From NCBI GenBank assembly GCA_963753595.1, contig CAVWCX010000023.1, positions 64,001-128,000 on the forward strand: DNA of 64,000 nt, given 5' to 3'. Shown here piece by piece: positions 21,662-31,766 of the stretch. Origin of the DNA: Candidatus Methanoperedenaceae archaeon. Its GTDB lineage: Archaea > Halobacteriota > Methanosarcinia > Methanosarcinales > Methanoperedenaceae. Position 1 is the stretch's first letter, and each line of letters opens with the position of its first letter. Made by a program: the position numbers and the translations under genes. The notes beneath the pieces were generated by a model that was not told the DNA's origin, ran no database searches, and saw nothing but the letters and a program-made list of their open reading frames with translations.

Positions 21662-22639
21662 ATGACACTTGATTCAAGAATATCAGAGCTGGCAAAAGCA
21701 GCTAAACCCACTGTAGCGATCATTGGTCTTGGAGGAGCAGGCTGCAACATAGTCTCATGGATAGCCCAAAAAGAGATTGCAGGAATTAAAATTATCGCGG
21801 CTGATACCGATGCCCCTCATTTATTAGAAGTGAAAGCCGATGTGAAGATCCTGATGGGAGAAGAGGCTTACCAGGGAAAGGGGTGCGGAGGTTATGCCGA
21901 AAGAGGTACAGAAGCGGCAAGACAGAGCATAAAAGAGATAAAAAAGGAACTTATTGGCTCAAGCCTGATATTCATTATCTCAGGGATGGGGGGAGGTACC
22001 GGCACGGGTGCTGCTCCAATAGTCGCAGAGGCAACACAGGAAGCAGGAATATTGACCATAGGCTGCGTCATGATGCCATTTTCTTATGAACTTTCAAGGC
22101 GAAAGAAAGCTATCATTGGAATAAAATCCCTTGCCGATAAATGTGATTCCCTTGTCGTGATCGATAATTCAAGGTTGAGGGATGTTGCGGGGACCCTGCC
22201 TTTACGAGAAGGTTTTGCCGTAGCGAACGAGTTCGTGGGTGCATTCATAAAGAATATTTCTGAAACTATAACTCATGCAAGTCTTGTGAACCTTGATTTT
22301 TCAGACCTTCGAAGCGTAGTTGAGCGCGGAGGAATATCAGCTGTCGGAATAGGGCAAGCGCAAGGTGAGGAACGAATACGGAAAGCAGTGGAACAGGCTC
22401 TCGCATCACCGCTTCTTGATGTATCTGATATTTCGGGTACCTATGGGGTACTTATTCATATTACCGGCGGCGAAGATATGACCCTTGGTGAAGTAACACA
22501 GGCAGGTGAGATCATTCTCCAGAAAGCGCCAAATACAGGCCGCATCGTATGGGGCGCAAAAATTGATGAATCCCTGGAAGGAACCGTCAAGGTTACGGCA
22601 GTGCTGACAGGAGTTCTTGACCCCAAGAAACTTGTATGA
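21662..22639 (+). CDS. ftsZ: FtsZ-family tubulin-like GTPase without a C-terminal tail
   Basis: GLGGAGCN, GMGGGTGTG tubulin signature and T7 loop VNLDFSD. Confidence 0.85.
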   Translation: MTLDSRISELAKAAKPTVAIIGLGGAGCNIVSWIAQKEIAGIKIIAADTDAPHLLEVKADVKILMGEEAYQGKGCGGYAERGTEAARQSIKEIKKELIGSSLIFIISGMGGGTGTGAAPIVAEATQEAGILTIGCVMMPFSYELSRRKKAIIGIKSLADKCDSLVVIDNSRLRDVAGTLPLREGFAVANEFVGAFIKNISETITHASLVNLDFSDLRSVVERGGISAVGIGQAQGEERIRKAVEQALASPLLDVSDISGTYGVLIHITGGEDMTLGEVTQAGEIILQKAPNTGRIVWGAKIDESLEGTVKVTAVLTGVLDPKKLV

Positions 22640-23651
22640 CCTGCAATACAAACTTTTTTTAAGACATATCAACAGTTTGAATCCTATGTTCCTGGCTTTG
22701 AAAGACCGCGTTGATAACCTGTGCGATTATACATACAATTTCACATGGCAGAACAATAAAATACGCCCCGGAAGCATCATCCCTTCCCAGGCGGGTTCGA
22801 ATTACACATTTTCCGACCTGGTGGATGAATTGAAAATGGGAAAAGAGGTGCATATTTCAGGTAATGCAGGTAAAGGCCTGGGTTACAGCATGGGAGTAAA
22901 TCTCAAGCATTTTGGAGGGACAGGAGCTATTGAAAATGCAGGAAAACTCTTCATCGATGGGGATGTCTCATCAGAAATGGGGATGGGTATGGTTTCAGGA
23001 ACCATATATGTTAAAGGAAATGTAGAGCAGCCGCTTGGAAATGTGATAGAGGTAGTATCTGATGAAGCAGGTTACAGGAAGTTTCGGTCTATAACAGATA
23101 TCCTGTGCAAAGGAACAGGAAAAGATGTGATTATTAAGAATAATTATGATGAGCGAAAAAAACATTTGCTCCTCGATGACGGCATCCTTCGCGGTACAAT
23201 AGCCTCAAGATGCAATTGCGAGGCTGTAGTCATAGTTGAGGGGGATGTTTACAACGGAACAGGACTTTTGATGCAAAAAGGCAAGATCCAGGTCACAGGA
23301 GATGCAGGCATGAACACCGGTGCGCATCTTGATGGAGGGCTAATAATCGTGGAGGGAACCGCAGGTGAATTTGCAGGCGCATATATGAAGAAGGGCACAC
23401 TCATTTTAAATGATGCGAAAGGATACGCTGGCGCCAATATGAAGGATGGAGTGATCTTATCAAAGAAAAAAGTAAGTGTCTCGCCTCCTGTTGAAGAACT
23501 TAACATGGCGCAGGAAGAGGCTAACCTGATAATGAAACACCTGGGTCTCGGTCACGTCGAAGCTATGAGTTATCATAAATACGGGATAGTGAAGGAGAGA
23601 CTCATCAGGATGAGGGATGGGTCGGTCGTTGTGAGAAAAGTTGGGGAGTAA
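22617..23651 (+). CDS. GltB/FwdC-like GXGXG beta-helix protein
   Basis: Repeated G.AG..G..M.GG.I.V.G motifs; overlaps the ftsZ end. Confidence 0.75.
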   Translation: MTPRNLYDLQYKLFLRHINSLNPMFLALKDRVDNLCDYTYNFTWQNNKIRPGSIIPSQAGSNYTFSDLVDELKMGKEVHISGNAGKGLGYSMGVNLKHFGGTGAIENAGKLFIDGDVSSEMGMGMVSGTIYVKGNVEQPLGNVIEVVSDEAGYRKFRSITDILCKGTGKDVIIKNNYDERKKHLLLDDGILRGTIASRCNCEAVVIVEGDVYNGTGLLMQKGKIQVTGDAGMNTGAHLDGGLIIVEGTAGEFAGAYMKKGTLILNDAKGYAGANMKDGVILSKKKVSVSPPVEELNMAQEEANLIMKHLGLGHVEAMSYHKYGIVKERLIRMRDGSVVVRKVGE

Positions 23652-23738
23652 GGCAGTGCCACATCGTTAAATTTATATATTGTCACTTCCATGTCAGTGT
23701 GTCACATACTAACATAACATTGATTAAAGGTGAACATA

Positions 23739-24536
23739 ATGTCAGAAATTGGTAAGAAAATAAGACTTGAACGGATCATGGACAGGGAAAGCAGGAACAT
23801 GGTTATAATTCCTATGGACCATGGGATTTCCATGGGGCCGATAACTGGAATTGTAAATCTTGCAGAAATGGTGAATAAAGTTGCGGATGGCGGCGCAAAC
23901 GCGGTTCTCCTGCAAAAAGGGATGGCAAAACACGGCCACCGCGGCTATGGAAGGGATATCGGACTTATAATACATATGAGCGCATCCACAGCGCTTGGAC
24001 CTGATCCCAATGACAAAGTGATGGTATGCACTGTTGAAGAAGCTATCAAAATGGGAGCGGATGCCGTGAGCATACACGTTAATATCGGTTCAGGGACAGA
24101 AGCAAAACAACTCAAGGAAATGGGCGATGTTGCAGAACAATGCGACACATGGGGAATTCCCCTCATCGCGATGATGTATCCGCGCGGGAAGGACATAAAG
24201 AATTCAAATGATGCAGAACTTGTCGCCCATGTGGCAAGAGTAGGGGCGGAATTGGGCGCAGATATCATAAAAACAAATTTTACAGGAGATATTGACAGCT
24301 TCAGGTCTGTTGTGGAAGGCTGTCCTGTGCCTGTCGTTATGGCAGGAGGCCCGAAGGCCAATACCGATGAGGAATTCCTCATAATGGTTCGCGCTGCGAT
24401 AGATGCAGGCGGACGCGGCGTTGCAATTGGCCGCAATGTATTCCAGCATGAGAATCCAACAGCCATGACGCGTGCACTGACGCTTGTCGTGCATAAGGGC
24501 CTGAGCGTGGAAGATGCCATGGAGGCTTTGCGGTGA
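23739..24536 (+). CDS. aroA': 2-amino-3,7-dideoxy-D-threo-hept-6-ulosonate synthase (class I aldolase)
   Basis: PMDHG, MMYPRG, GADIIKT and GRNVFQH motifs; upstream of aroB'. Confidence 0.9.
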   Translation: MSEIGKKIRLERIMDRESRNMVIIPMDHGISMGPITGIVNLAEMVNKVADGGANAVLLQKGMAKHGHRGYGRDIGLIIHMSASTALGPDPNDKVMVCTVEEAIKMGADAVSIHVNIGSGTEAKQLKEMGDVAEQCDTWGIPLIAMMYPRGKDIKNSNDAELVAHVARVGAELGADIIKTNFTGDIDSFRSVVEGCPVPVVMAGGPKANTDEEFLIMVRAAIDAGGRGVAIGRNVFQHENPTAMTRALTLVVHKGLSVEDAMEALR

Positions 24537-25663
24537 AAAAAGCCAAATCAGTATGGATAAAAGCAGACGCAAGTTCCTGGGAAGAAAATAAGCCGCTTGT
24601 CACCACCGGCCTTGAATCCGGGGCTGACACTGTATTTTTAAATGCAGATGATATTCCAAAAGTCAGGGAACTGGGAAATATCAAGATAGCTGCCCCGTCT
24701 GAAGACGCTGACATAGTGGTTGTTGGCAAAGATAGCGAAGGCGATGGAACGACCAAACTCCCGGACTTTGCAAACTCAGCGGATATCGCGAAAGCGCAGC
24801 ATTTGACAAGGGAAGGCAAAACCGTTGCAGGCTATGTAGTTATCAAGAATAAGAAATATGAGCAATTTGCGGTGGAACTTGGGAAATCATGCGATTACCT
24901 GGTCGTGATCGGAACTGACTGGAAGGTCATCCCGCTTGAAAACCTGATCGCAGGTTTGCAGACGCTTGATGTTGAGATTATTGCAGGGGTCAGGAATGCA
25001 GAGGAGGCAAAACTTGCACTTGAAACACTCGAGCACGGCTCAGATGGCGTGCTTCTTGATACCGATAATCTTTCCGAGATAAAGAAAGTTGCTGCTGTCA
25101 GGGACAGGTCAGGAATGGAAAATATCCCTCTCGTTAAGGCCACTGTTACCAAAGTGAAACCCGTCGGAATGGGCGACAGGGTATGTGTGGATACAGCTTC
25201 GCTGATGGTACTGGGTGAAGGAATGCTCATTGGTTCGCAAAGCAACGGATTGTTCCTTGTGCATTCTGAATCCGAAGAAAGCCCGTATGTAGCCGCGCGC
25301 CCGTTCAGGGTAAACGCAGGAGCTGTGCATGCTTATATCAGGGTCGGTGAAAAAACCCGCTACCTCTCGGAACTTGCATCGGGTGATGATGTCCTGGTAG
25401 TGGATTCGCAAGGCGAAACCCGTCCCGCAGTTGTCGGGAGAGTAAAAATAGAGCGCCGTCCCCTGATGCTTGTAGAAGCAGAGGTTGAAGGAACACGGAT
25501 AAAGACTCTACTCCAAAATGCAGAGACCATAAAGCTTGTAGGAAGCGACGGGAAGCCTGTGCCTGTGACCGCACTAAAGGAAGGGGATGAGGTGATGGTG
25601 TATTTTGAGGCGACTGCGAGGCATTTCGGGATAAAGATAGAGGAGACGATCATTGAGAAGTAA
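24533..25663 (+). CDS. aroB': 3-dehydroquinate synthase II
   Basis: [25 protein letters not shown] and LQNAETI motifs. Confidence 0.95.
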   Translation: MKKAKSVWIKADASSWEENKPLVTTGLESGADTVFLNADDIPKVRELGNIKIAAPSEDADIVVVGKDSEGDGTTKLPDFANSADIAKAQHLTREGKTVAGYVVIKNKKYEQFAVELGKSCDYLVVIGTDWKVIPLENLIAGLQTLDVEIIAGVRNAEEAKLALETLEHGSDGVLLDTDNLSEIKKVAAVRDRSGMENIPLVKATVTKVKPVGMGDRVCVDTASLMVLGEGMLIGSQSNGLFLVHSESEESPYVAARPFRVNAGAVHAYIRVGEKTRYLSELASGDDVLVVDSQGETRPAVVGRVKIERRPLMLVEAEVEGTRIKTLLQNAETIKLVGSDGKPVPVTALKEGDEVMVYFEATARHFGIKIEETIIEK

Positions 25664-25717
25664 AATGTGAGACTAGAAAGGGATTCGAATGTGGGAACTC
25701 ACAGAAAAAGGAAATTT

Positions 25718-25850
25718 AAGACAGGATAAACAGGATCGACAGGATACGAGCCAATTGCATAAATCCTGTTCATCCTGTAAATCCTGTCAAAAAAATTGAG
25801 GGGAGTAAGGAATATCGATCATGACCACAGTAATCATCGGCGGCGGCCTT
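25718..25850 (+). repeat. Direct repeat copy 1 (133 bp): 3x ACAGGAT / 3x ATCCTGT hairpin plus a dead copy of the oxidoreductase 5' end
   Basis: Aligns to 26891-27023 at offset 1173; the first 85 bp are identical. Confidence 0.9.
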
Positions 25851-26060
25851 ACCACTACCTACAAGTGCTCTCAGGCAGTAGCTTTATTGAATCCATTCAA
25901 ACTGATGCCTATGAAAATTAGGTAGTATCCTAAAAAACATGACCTAATTTTTTGTGAGACTTCATAAATCGGGCGCAGAAATGACCGCATGATATGGAAT
26001 TGTCTGAGTTTTGTGCGTGGTTGTTTTGAGTGATGAAGTAGTTTTCATAAAATCGAAAAG

Positions 26061-26282
26061 GGAACGCGGATGCCGCGGATTGCGCGGATACGCGCAGATT
26101 TGGGATTTCTGACCCAAATCTTTCGTTTCTAAAAAGTAATATTTCATATGGAATCAACCACAGAGTACACAGAGATCTCAGAGCTTTGCCATTTTTCTCT
26201 GTGTCCTCTGTGCGCTCTGTGGTTTTAAAACCAGATCGATCGCATCCGTGTGCATCCGCGTCATCCGCGCAATCCGTGTTCC
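26061..26282. repeat. Nested palindromic element: outer arms of 4x GC(G/A)GAT / 4x ATCCG(C/T) enclosing an inner hairpin of 3x CAGAG / 3x CTCTG (26156-26224)
   Basis: GGAACGCGGATGCCGCGGATTGCGCGGAT...ATCCGCGTCATCCGCGCAATCCGTGTTCC and AACCACAGAGTACACAGAG...CTCTGTGCGCTCTGTGGTT. Confidence 0.85.
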
Positions 26283-26316
26283 ATGTCGTTTGCACCTGGA
26301 ATTCACGCACATGTTA

Positions 26317-26706
26317 CTACAGTTGTGTGCTAACCTTTTCCACCGTAATAACCAGTGCCCCTCTTGCCCAGGGAAATTTCGATTTTGCCATATCAGCGAA
26401 TTTTCCTGAAGTTTGAATTTCACCCCTTCCAGAGATGCTACATCCCTGTCCAGGGTGGCCATTGGTCCCTTTGACTTGCTTTGTAGCAATCAGCAATTCC
26501 ACCCGGTTATTCTTCTTCAGATTCTCCTCGGTTATATGATAATATCCGGCTGGAATAACGATTATTCCGCTATCATTAATGCCTAATGCCTTCACATAAC
26601 CTCCCCATGTCCCCACTATATGTGGGCCGCTATCACCACAGGTTGCAATAGCAACCCATTCGGTTTTATCTATAACTTCTTTGCATATCCCTTCTATTTT
26701 TACCAT
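26317..26706 (-). CDS. FMN-binding split-barrel protein (pyridoxamine 5'-phosphate oxidase family)
   Basis: VAIAT..GPHIV.TW, PAG...TEENL and FPWARGAL...QL C-terminus; GGAGG RBS. Confidence 0.85.
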   Translation of the reverse strand: MVKIEGICKEVIDKTEWVAIATCGDSGPHIVGTWGGYVKALGINDSGIIVIPAGYYHITEENLKKNNRVELLIATKQVKGTNGHPGQGCSISGRGEIQTSGKFADMAKSKFPWARGALVITVEKVSTQL

Positions 26707-26890
26707 ATCCGTTCCTCCATTGGATTAGATATATAATTTCAATACTCCCTTAATTACATCACGCTTATGTTATTTAAATTATTGTAGCAGACAATAAACC
26801 TTACGAAAAGTACAGTTTAAAGATTGAAAGAATTAATAAGGTTACAGGAAAACAAAGAAAAAAGAGCAATAAAAAGCTTCAAAGATTGAA

Positions 26891-27023
26891 AAGACAGGAT
26901 AAACAGGATCGACAGGATACGAGCCAATTGCATAAATCCTGTTCATCCTGTAAATCCTGTCAAAAAAATTGAGGGAATTAAGGACTAACAATCATGACCA
27001 CAATAATCATCGGCGGCGGCCTT
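26891..27023 (+). repeat. Direct repeat copy 2 (hairpin plus the live oxidoreductase 5' end)
   Basis: Matches 25718-25850. Confidence 0.9.
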
Positions 27024-28265
27024 GCAGGTCTTGCTGCAGCATACAAACTTGCAGGTAAGGACGAAATAATCCTCATCGAAAAAGAACCTGAACTAGGAGG
27101 CATGGCATCAAGTTACAAGATCGCTGGCTACCACATTGAAAAATACTACCATCATATTTTTGCTAGCGATAATGAACTCATTTCATTGATAGAAGAACTC
27201 GGCATCGGGGCCCGGCTTGAATGGCTAAAAGGCACGACTGGATATTATTTTGATGGTAAAATATACCCGATGAACACTCCCATTGAGATCTTAAAGGCTT
27301 TGCCGCTCATGGATGTTATCCGATTGACATTCCTTGTGCTAAAAGCCAAATCCATAAAAGACAGGACTCCCTTTGATGAGATCACTGCAAAAAAATGGAT
27401 CATAGATACAGCGGGTGAATCTGTTTACAATAATTTCTTCCTCCCCCTCCTCCAGAGCAAATTCGGTGACAATTTAGAAAAAGTGTCGGCAGCATGGCTT
27501 CTGGGGCGTGTGCAAATTCGCTCCAACAGGGGAACAAAAGGAGAGCGATTGGGTTACATGCGCGGGGGATTTGAAGCGCTGCTTGAGAAAATGGTGGAAA
27601 GTATCCGAAAAAGGGGAGGAATTATAAAACAGGGGAATGTATCGCGTATTGAGACCGCTGGAGATTCAATAAAGGGCGTTATTGTGGAAGAGGATCTTAT
27701 CGAGTGCGACAGGATTATTTCAACCGTTGCTCCTCATGTACTTGAAAAAATAATGGAAACAAGGCTCCTTGGGCTTGATATGAACATCAGCTACCAGGGT
27801 ACTGCATGCGCGCTTTTCGGATTAAAGGAAAAGGTCATGGATGATATTTACTGGCTCAACATAAAAGAGGACGTTCCATTTGGCGCGGCCATAGAACATA
27901 CTAACTTTATTCCTGAATCTGATTACGGAGAGAGACTCATGTATGTAACAACATATTTCCAGGATCAGGAAAGTATATTGTGGAAATCAAATGATGAAGA
28001 GGTCATCGAATTATACATGAAGGGTCTTGAAAAATTGTTCCCCGGATTCCTGGAAAAGGTAAAATGGTGGCGCCTTCGAAGGGATATGGATACGGCGCCT
28101 GTTTATGAGGTTGGATATGGAAAAAAAGTCCTGCCATATGAAACTAAAATAAAAGGGCTTTACCTGGCCGGTATGTTCTCGGATTCAAACTACCCCGAAA
28201 GGAGCATGAACGGCTCGATATTGGCAGGATTCAAGTGCGCTGAAGCGATTTTAAACCGGGGCTAA
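26994..28265 (+). CDS. NAD(P)/FAD-dependent oxidoreductase (amine oxidase / protoporphyrinogen oxidase-like)
   Basis: IIGGGLAGLAAA Rossmann motif, LGGMA, YYHHIF and YPERSMNGS. Confidence 0.85.
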   Translation: MTTIIIGGGLAGLAAAYKLAGKDEIILIEKEPELGGMASSYKIAGYHIEKYYHHIFASDNELISLIEELGIGARLEWLKGTTGYYFDGKIYPMNTPIEILKALPLMDVIRLTFLVLKAKSIKDRTPFDEITAKKWIIDTAGESVYNNFFLPLLQSKFGDNLEKVSAAWLLGRVQIRSNRGTKGERLGYMRGGFEALLEKMVESIRKRGGIIKQGNVSRIETAGDSIKGVIVEEDLIECDRIISTVAPHVLEKIMETRLLGLDMNISYQGTACALFGLKEKVMDDIYWLNIKEDVPFGAAIEHTNFIPESDYGERLMYVTTYFQDQESILWKSNDEEVIELYMKGLEKLFPGFLEKVKWWRLRRDMDTAPVYEVGYGKKVLPYETKIKGLYLAGMFSDSNYPERSMNGSILAGFKCAEAILNRG

Positions 28266-28291
28266 GGGACATAAATATAAGGATAAATTAC

Positions 28292-29215
28292 ATGCATGAA
28301 ACAAATCATTCTAATAAAAAAATTAATTTCTTCATCACTTCGGACACTTTCCCTTCCATATCTGTCACGGGAAGTTCATGTTCGCTTATGTGCCAACATT
28401 GCAAGGGCAAATTACTGGAGAGCCTGATCCCTGCAACCACAAGCGAAGAGCTTGAAAAGAAAGCTCTGGCGCTTCACAGGTCAGGTGCAAAAGGAATTCT
28501 CCTGACCGGCGGCTGTGATGAGCGGGGGCGCGTGCCAATAAAAAGTTTAATACCGGCAATAAAAAAACTAAAGGGAACAACTGACCTTATCCTTATCGCG
28601 CATACCGGTTTCATATCCAGGAAAGAAGCAGGAGCATTAAAAGACTCAGGCCTTGATGGTATCGGTTTTGATGTAATGGGCGACATGACTTCTGTATCGG
28701 ATATTTACGGGCTTCATATATCCGAAGAAGAATATCTGGACAGCCTCCAGGCAATTTCAGATTCAGGACTATGCATCTTTCCCCATGTTTGCGTGGGCAT
28801 ACATTTCGGGAAATTGAGCGGGGAATACCGCGCCCTTGAAATGATCCGCTCGATAACGCCCACAACAGTAATTATAACCGGATTGATGCCAGTTGCAGGG
28901 ACGCCGATGGAGCATATGAAGCCAGATCCATTAGATTTTGAAAAGATCATAAAAAAAGCGATCGTTATGTTCCCTGATATTCCAGTCATATTAGGATGCG
29001 CCCATTCAAGCGGAAAAGACAGGGCTGATATTGAAAAGATGGCGCTTCTTTGCGGTGTGCCAGGCATTGCAGCGCCCACTGTGAGTACTATTAAGTTCGC
29101 AAAGGAAAATGGATACCAGATAAATTATTATGGCACATGTTGCGGCTTAATTCCGGATGAAAAAATGAAGATAAATTATCCGGTCTTTCCTCCAAGCCTC
29201 AAGGAGGCCTGGTAA
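28292..29215 (+). CDS. Radical SAM protein, biotin-synthase-like (archaeal LipS1/S2-like)
   Basis: CSLMCQHC motif, LTGGCD, LGCA and C-terminal TCC. Confidence 0.75.
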   Translation: MHETNHSNKKINFFITSDTFPSISVTGSSCSLMCQHCKGKLLESLIPATTSEELEKKALALHRSGAKGILLTGGCDERGRVPIKSLIPAIKKLKGTTDLILIAHTGFISRKEAGALKDSGLDGIGFDVMGDMTSVSDIYGLHISEEEYLDSLQAISDSGLCIFPHVCVGIHFGKLSGEYRALEMIRSITPTTVIITGLMPVAGTPMEHMKPDPLDFEKIIKKAIVMFPDIPVILGCAHSSGKDRADIEKMALLCGVPGIAAPTVSTIKFAKENGYQINYYGTCCGLIPDEKMKINYPVFPPSLKEAW

Positions 29216-30378
29216 TATACCCAGATTATGTGAGATTTCAAGAAATAATAAACCTCTGAAGATATACCGGTACTTCTAAGATTCTTTATCAGGTCGGGAA
29301 TATCAAGTTCAAGAGGGCAGTTTTCCATGCATTTCCCACAGCCAAGGCACAGCTCCAGTTTCTCATTCGGTTCATTAGAATATGCCGAATAATAAGCTAA
29401 TCCCTTCCCCCCCAGGTAGCTATCTATTGCGTACTCATTCCCGATAGTATTATACATGGGACAATGCAACAAACAATTCCCGCATCCTATGCATTTAAGA
29501 AGTTCCCTGAATCCTTTCTTTGCAAGGTCGCTCCTTCTATTATCTACCAGCACAACAACGACCTCAGATGGATTATGAACCCCCTTAATGAATTTCTTTT
29601 CCACATCTGCTGTCTTGCTGACACTGGTTATTATATCCACAAATGAAGGGATTACCGCACCTGTGGCATTAAAACACAGTATCTTTATCATATTTATAGC
29701 AGATTCAATATCAGGATATATCTTGTCAATTGAAGTCACTACAATATGTTTTTGTTTTCTTTTGACCTCATCGATATTCCCTTCGTTATGTGTAATGATA
29801 ATAGAGCCTTCCTCGGCAGTGATGGCATTGGCCCCCGTAATTCCGATTTTTGCCTTATCCAGGCTGGAAACGATATCCTCTTTTACTATTCTCACGATAT
29901 CTTCAGGTGTTTCTGTAACTGGTACATCATAATATTTTGAGATCCCTTTTGCAATTTGTTTTGCGGAAAGGTGTGTCACAGGACCCGTGGGGTGCGAAGG
30001 TTTTGCATGCAATATCTGTAAGATCCTGTCCCCGATATCTGTTTCTACAACAGTCGCCCCGTTTTTTTCAAGAAATTTTGTTAATTCAAGTTCCTTGGTT
30101 ACATTGGATTTAGATTTTACTATGAAATTTTCCTTCCCGATCTCATTCAATATTATATCAAGCGCTTCCTGCTTTTCCCTGGCAAGATAGACCTTTATTC
30201 CGTTTTTCCTTAACTTTCCGATAGCCTGTTCAAGAAGCGCTTCATTCCCCACACAAAGTTCTCTTGATGAAATAAGCCTCTTTGTTCTTTCAGAAAAGCC
30301 TTTTGACTCGTTAGAAGCCTGCCTTTCTTTAACTGAATCAAATGCTTTACGAAGGGCTCTGACTTCTTCATGGTTCAT
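29176..30378 (-). CDS. LUD-domain 4Fe-4S protein (LutB/YkgF-like)
   Basis: KSKS, ETDIGD, NEGN, SKTADVE, CIGCGNCLLHCP and CLGCGKCMENCP. Confidence 0.85.
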   Translation of the reverse strand: MNHEEVRALRKAFDSVKERQASNESKGFSERTKRLISSRELCVGNEALLEQAIGKLRKNGIKVYLAREKQEALDIILNEIGKENFIVKSKSNVTKELELTKFLEKNGATVVETDIGDRILQILHAKPSHPTGPVTHLSAKQIAKGISKYYDVPVTETPEDIVRIVKEDIVSSLDKAKIGITGANAITAEEGSIIITHNEGNIDEVKRKQKHIVVTSIDKIYPDIESAINMIKILCFNATGAVIPSFVDIITSVSKTADVEKKFIKGVHNPSEVVVVLVDNRRSDLAKKGFRELLKCIGCGNCLLHCPMYNTIGNEYAIDSYLGGKGLAYYSAYSNEPNEKLELCLGCGKCMENCPLELDIPDLIKNLRSTGISSEVYYFLKSHIIWVYYQASLRLGGKTG

Positions 30379-30410
30379 GATGTTTTTTAATAACTAAAAC
30401 GTGTTTTATA

Positions 30411-31706
30411 TCATACTTTTAAACTATTTAACCCTGATGAAAAACAATAAATGGTATACATGATGAGGACAAGGTTAATCCCTGCTGTAAAAGGTATTAA
30501 GAAATCACCATTCACAAATGCAATTCCTGTATTTGCCATCTCCAGGACAAAGTGCAGGTTGAACAAAAAAGTTATTGTCGCTAATAAATACACATAAGAA
30601 AGACGCCTGTCAAAGGCCATTGCAACCGCAAGAGGTGCAAAAAGAGAAAAGAGATACCTTTCATGTATCCGGGTAAAGAACATGAAAAACCCGAAAAATA
30701 ATATCGCTGAGGCGATATATATCGATCTTTCGTCTTTTCGTTCCATGATAATGTGTGCCACATAAACAAAAAGTATGCTGAATAAGATATATCCCCATGT
30801 TCGATATGTCAAAAAAAGGAAAATCGTATTATCAGGCTGGAACAGACCTCCAAAAGCCCATATATTGTAAGCGTTTAAAGAATTGAACGGATATTGGCTA
30901 TATGATGAAAAATATAGCTTGAAAAGTTCAAAAATCGACGTATGCAGATAGAAAGGCAATGCCAGGATAACAAACGCAGAACATGATGCGGTTGATACTT
31001 TTACAATTGTGGATGGTGAATGTTTTTTTAGCATTACCAGGGCAAAAAGAGGAACAAGCACAAGACTCTGGGGCTTGGTCAGGACCGCCAAGGCAAGAGA
31101 CGTTCCTGCGATCACAGGCTTTCCTGCGACAAATTCCATAAGAGCGAACATTATAAACAGAGTGTAAACTGAATCCACCTGCCCCCATATTGCAGAGTTG
31201 TAGATGATGGCAGGATTGAATGCATAAACTGTCATGGAAAGGAAAGACATATTGAAACTCCCATATTTCCTTACGATCAAAAATATCAATAAAGCAGTTG
31301 CAATATCAGCTATTATAGCAGGAGTTTTTAGTAAAATCGTAAACACAGGGGAATGAATATCAAAGGATGAAGAAATGAATGATTGATAAAATGCTCCTAC
31401 TGCCCACAGAATATAGATATATAATGGGGGATAATCGGACTTTACACCCTGATAAAAATTAGAAATCCCTGTAAAATGAACTCCACGGCTCCATGTCCGA
31501 AACATTGAAATATCGAATTCAAATCCCTCCAATGCAGATAGATACATTCGTACAAGAAAGGCAAAAAATAAAATAAGGGCAACCGATATATATTGATTTC
31601 TTGTAATGCTAAACCAGGCGTTGATCTTTGATCTAATATCTTTTCCAGTAATCTGGAAAATGTTTTTGAGAATAATACCATCCCCAACGTTTAATTGTGA
31701 AACCAA
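30411..31706 (-). CDS. GT-C membrane glycosyltransferase (Gpi18/mannosyltransferase-like)
   Basis: DYPPLY, NSAIWGQVDS, KPQ and HERYL motifs; many TMs. Confidence 0.8.
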   Translation of the reverse strand: MVSQLNVGDGIILKNIFQITGKDIRSKINAWFSITRNQYISVALILFFAFLVRMYLSALEGFEFDISMFRTWSRGVHFTGISNFYQGVKSDYPPLYIYILWAVGAFYQSFISSSFDIHSPVFTILLKTPAIIADIATALLIFLIVRKYGSFNMSFLSMTVYAFNPAIIYNSAIWGQVDSVYTLFIMFALMEFVAGKPVIAGTSLALAVLTKPQSLVLVPLFALVMLKKHSPSTIVKVSTASCSAFVILALPFYLHTSIFELFKLYFSSYSQYPFNSLNAYNIWAFGGLFQPDNTIFLFLTYRTWGYILFSILFVYVAHIIMERKDERSIYIASAILFFGFFMFFTRIHERYLFSLFAPLAVAMAFDRRLSYVYLLATITFLFNLHFVLEMANTGIAFVNGDFLIPFTAGINLVLIMYTIYCFSSGLNSLKV

Positions 31707-31766
31707 TATTTAAGATTTTGTGTGCCACAAATTATATATCTTTTACCACTGTTTCCGTCTCCTGCA

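Noticed and set aside
25930-26310. 126-aa ORF (TDCADDADAHG...TTERTEDTEK) and overlapping ORFs
   Set aside because: The peptide pattern is a by-product of the nested palindromes; no RBS or domain.
25720-26961. CRISPR array
   Set aside because: The repeats are 9-bp-period palindromic arms without unique ~35-bp spacers, and there are no cas genes in the window.
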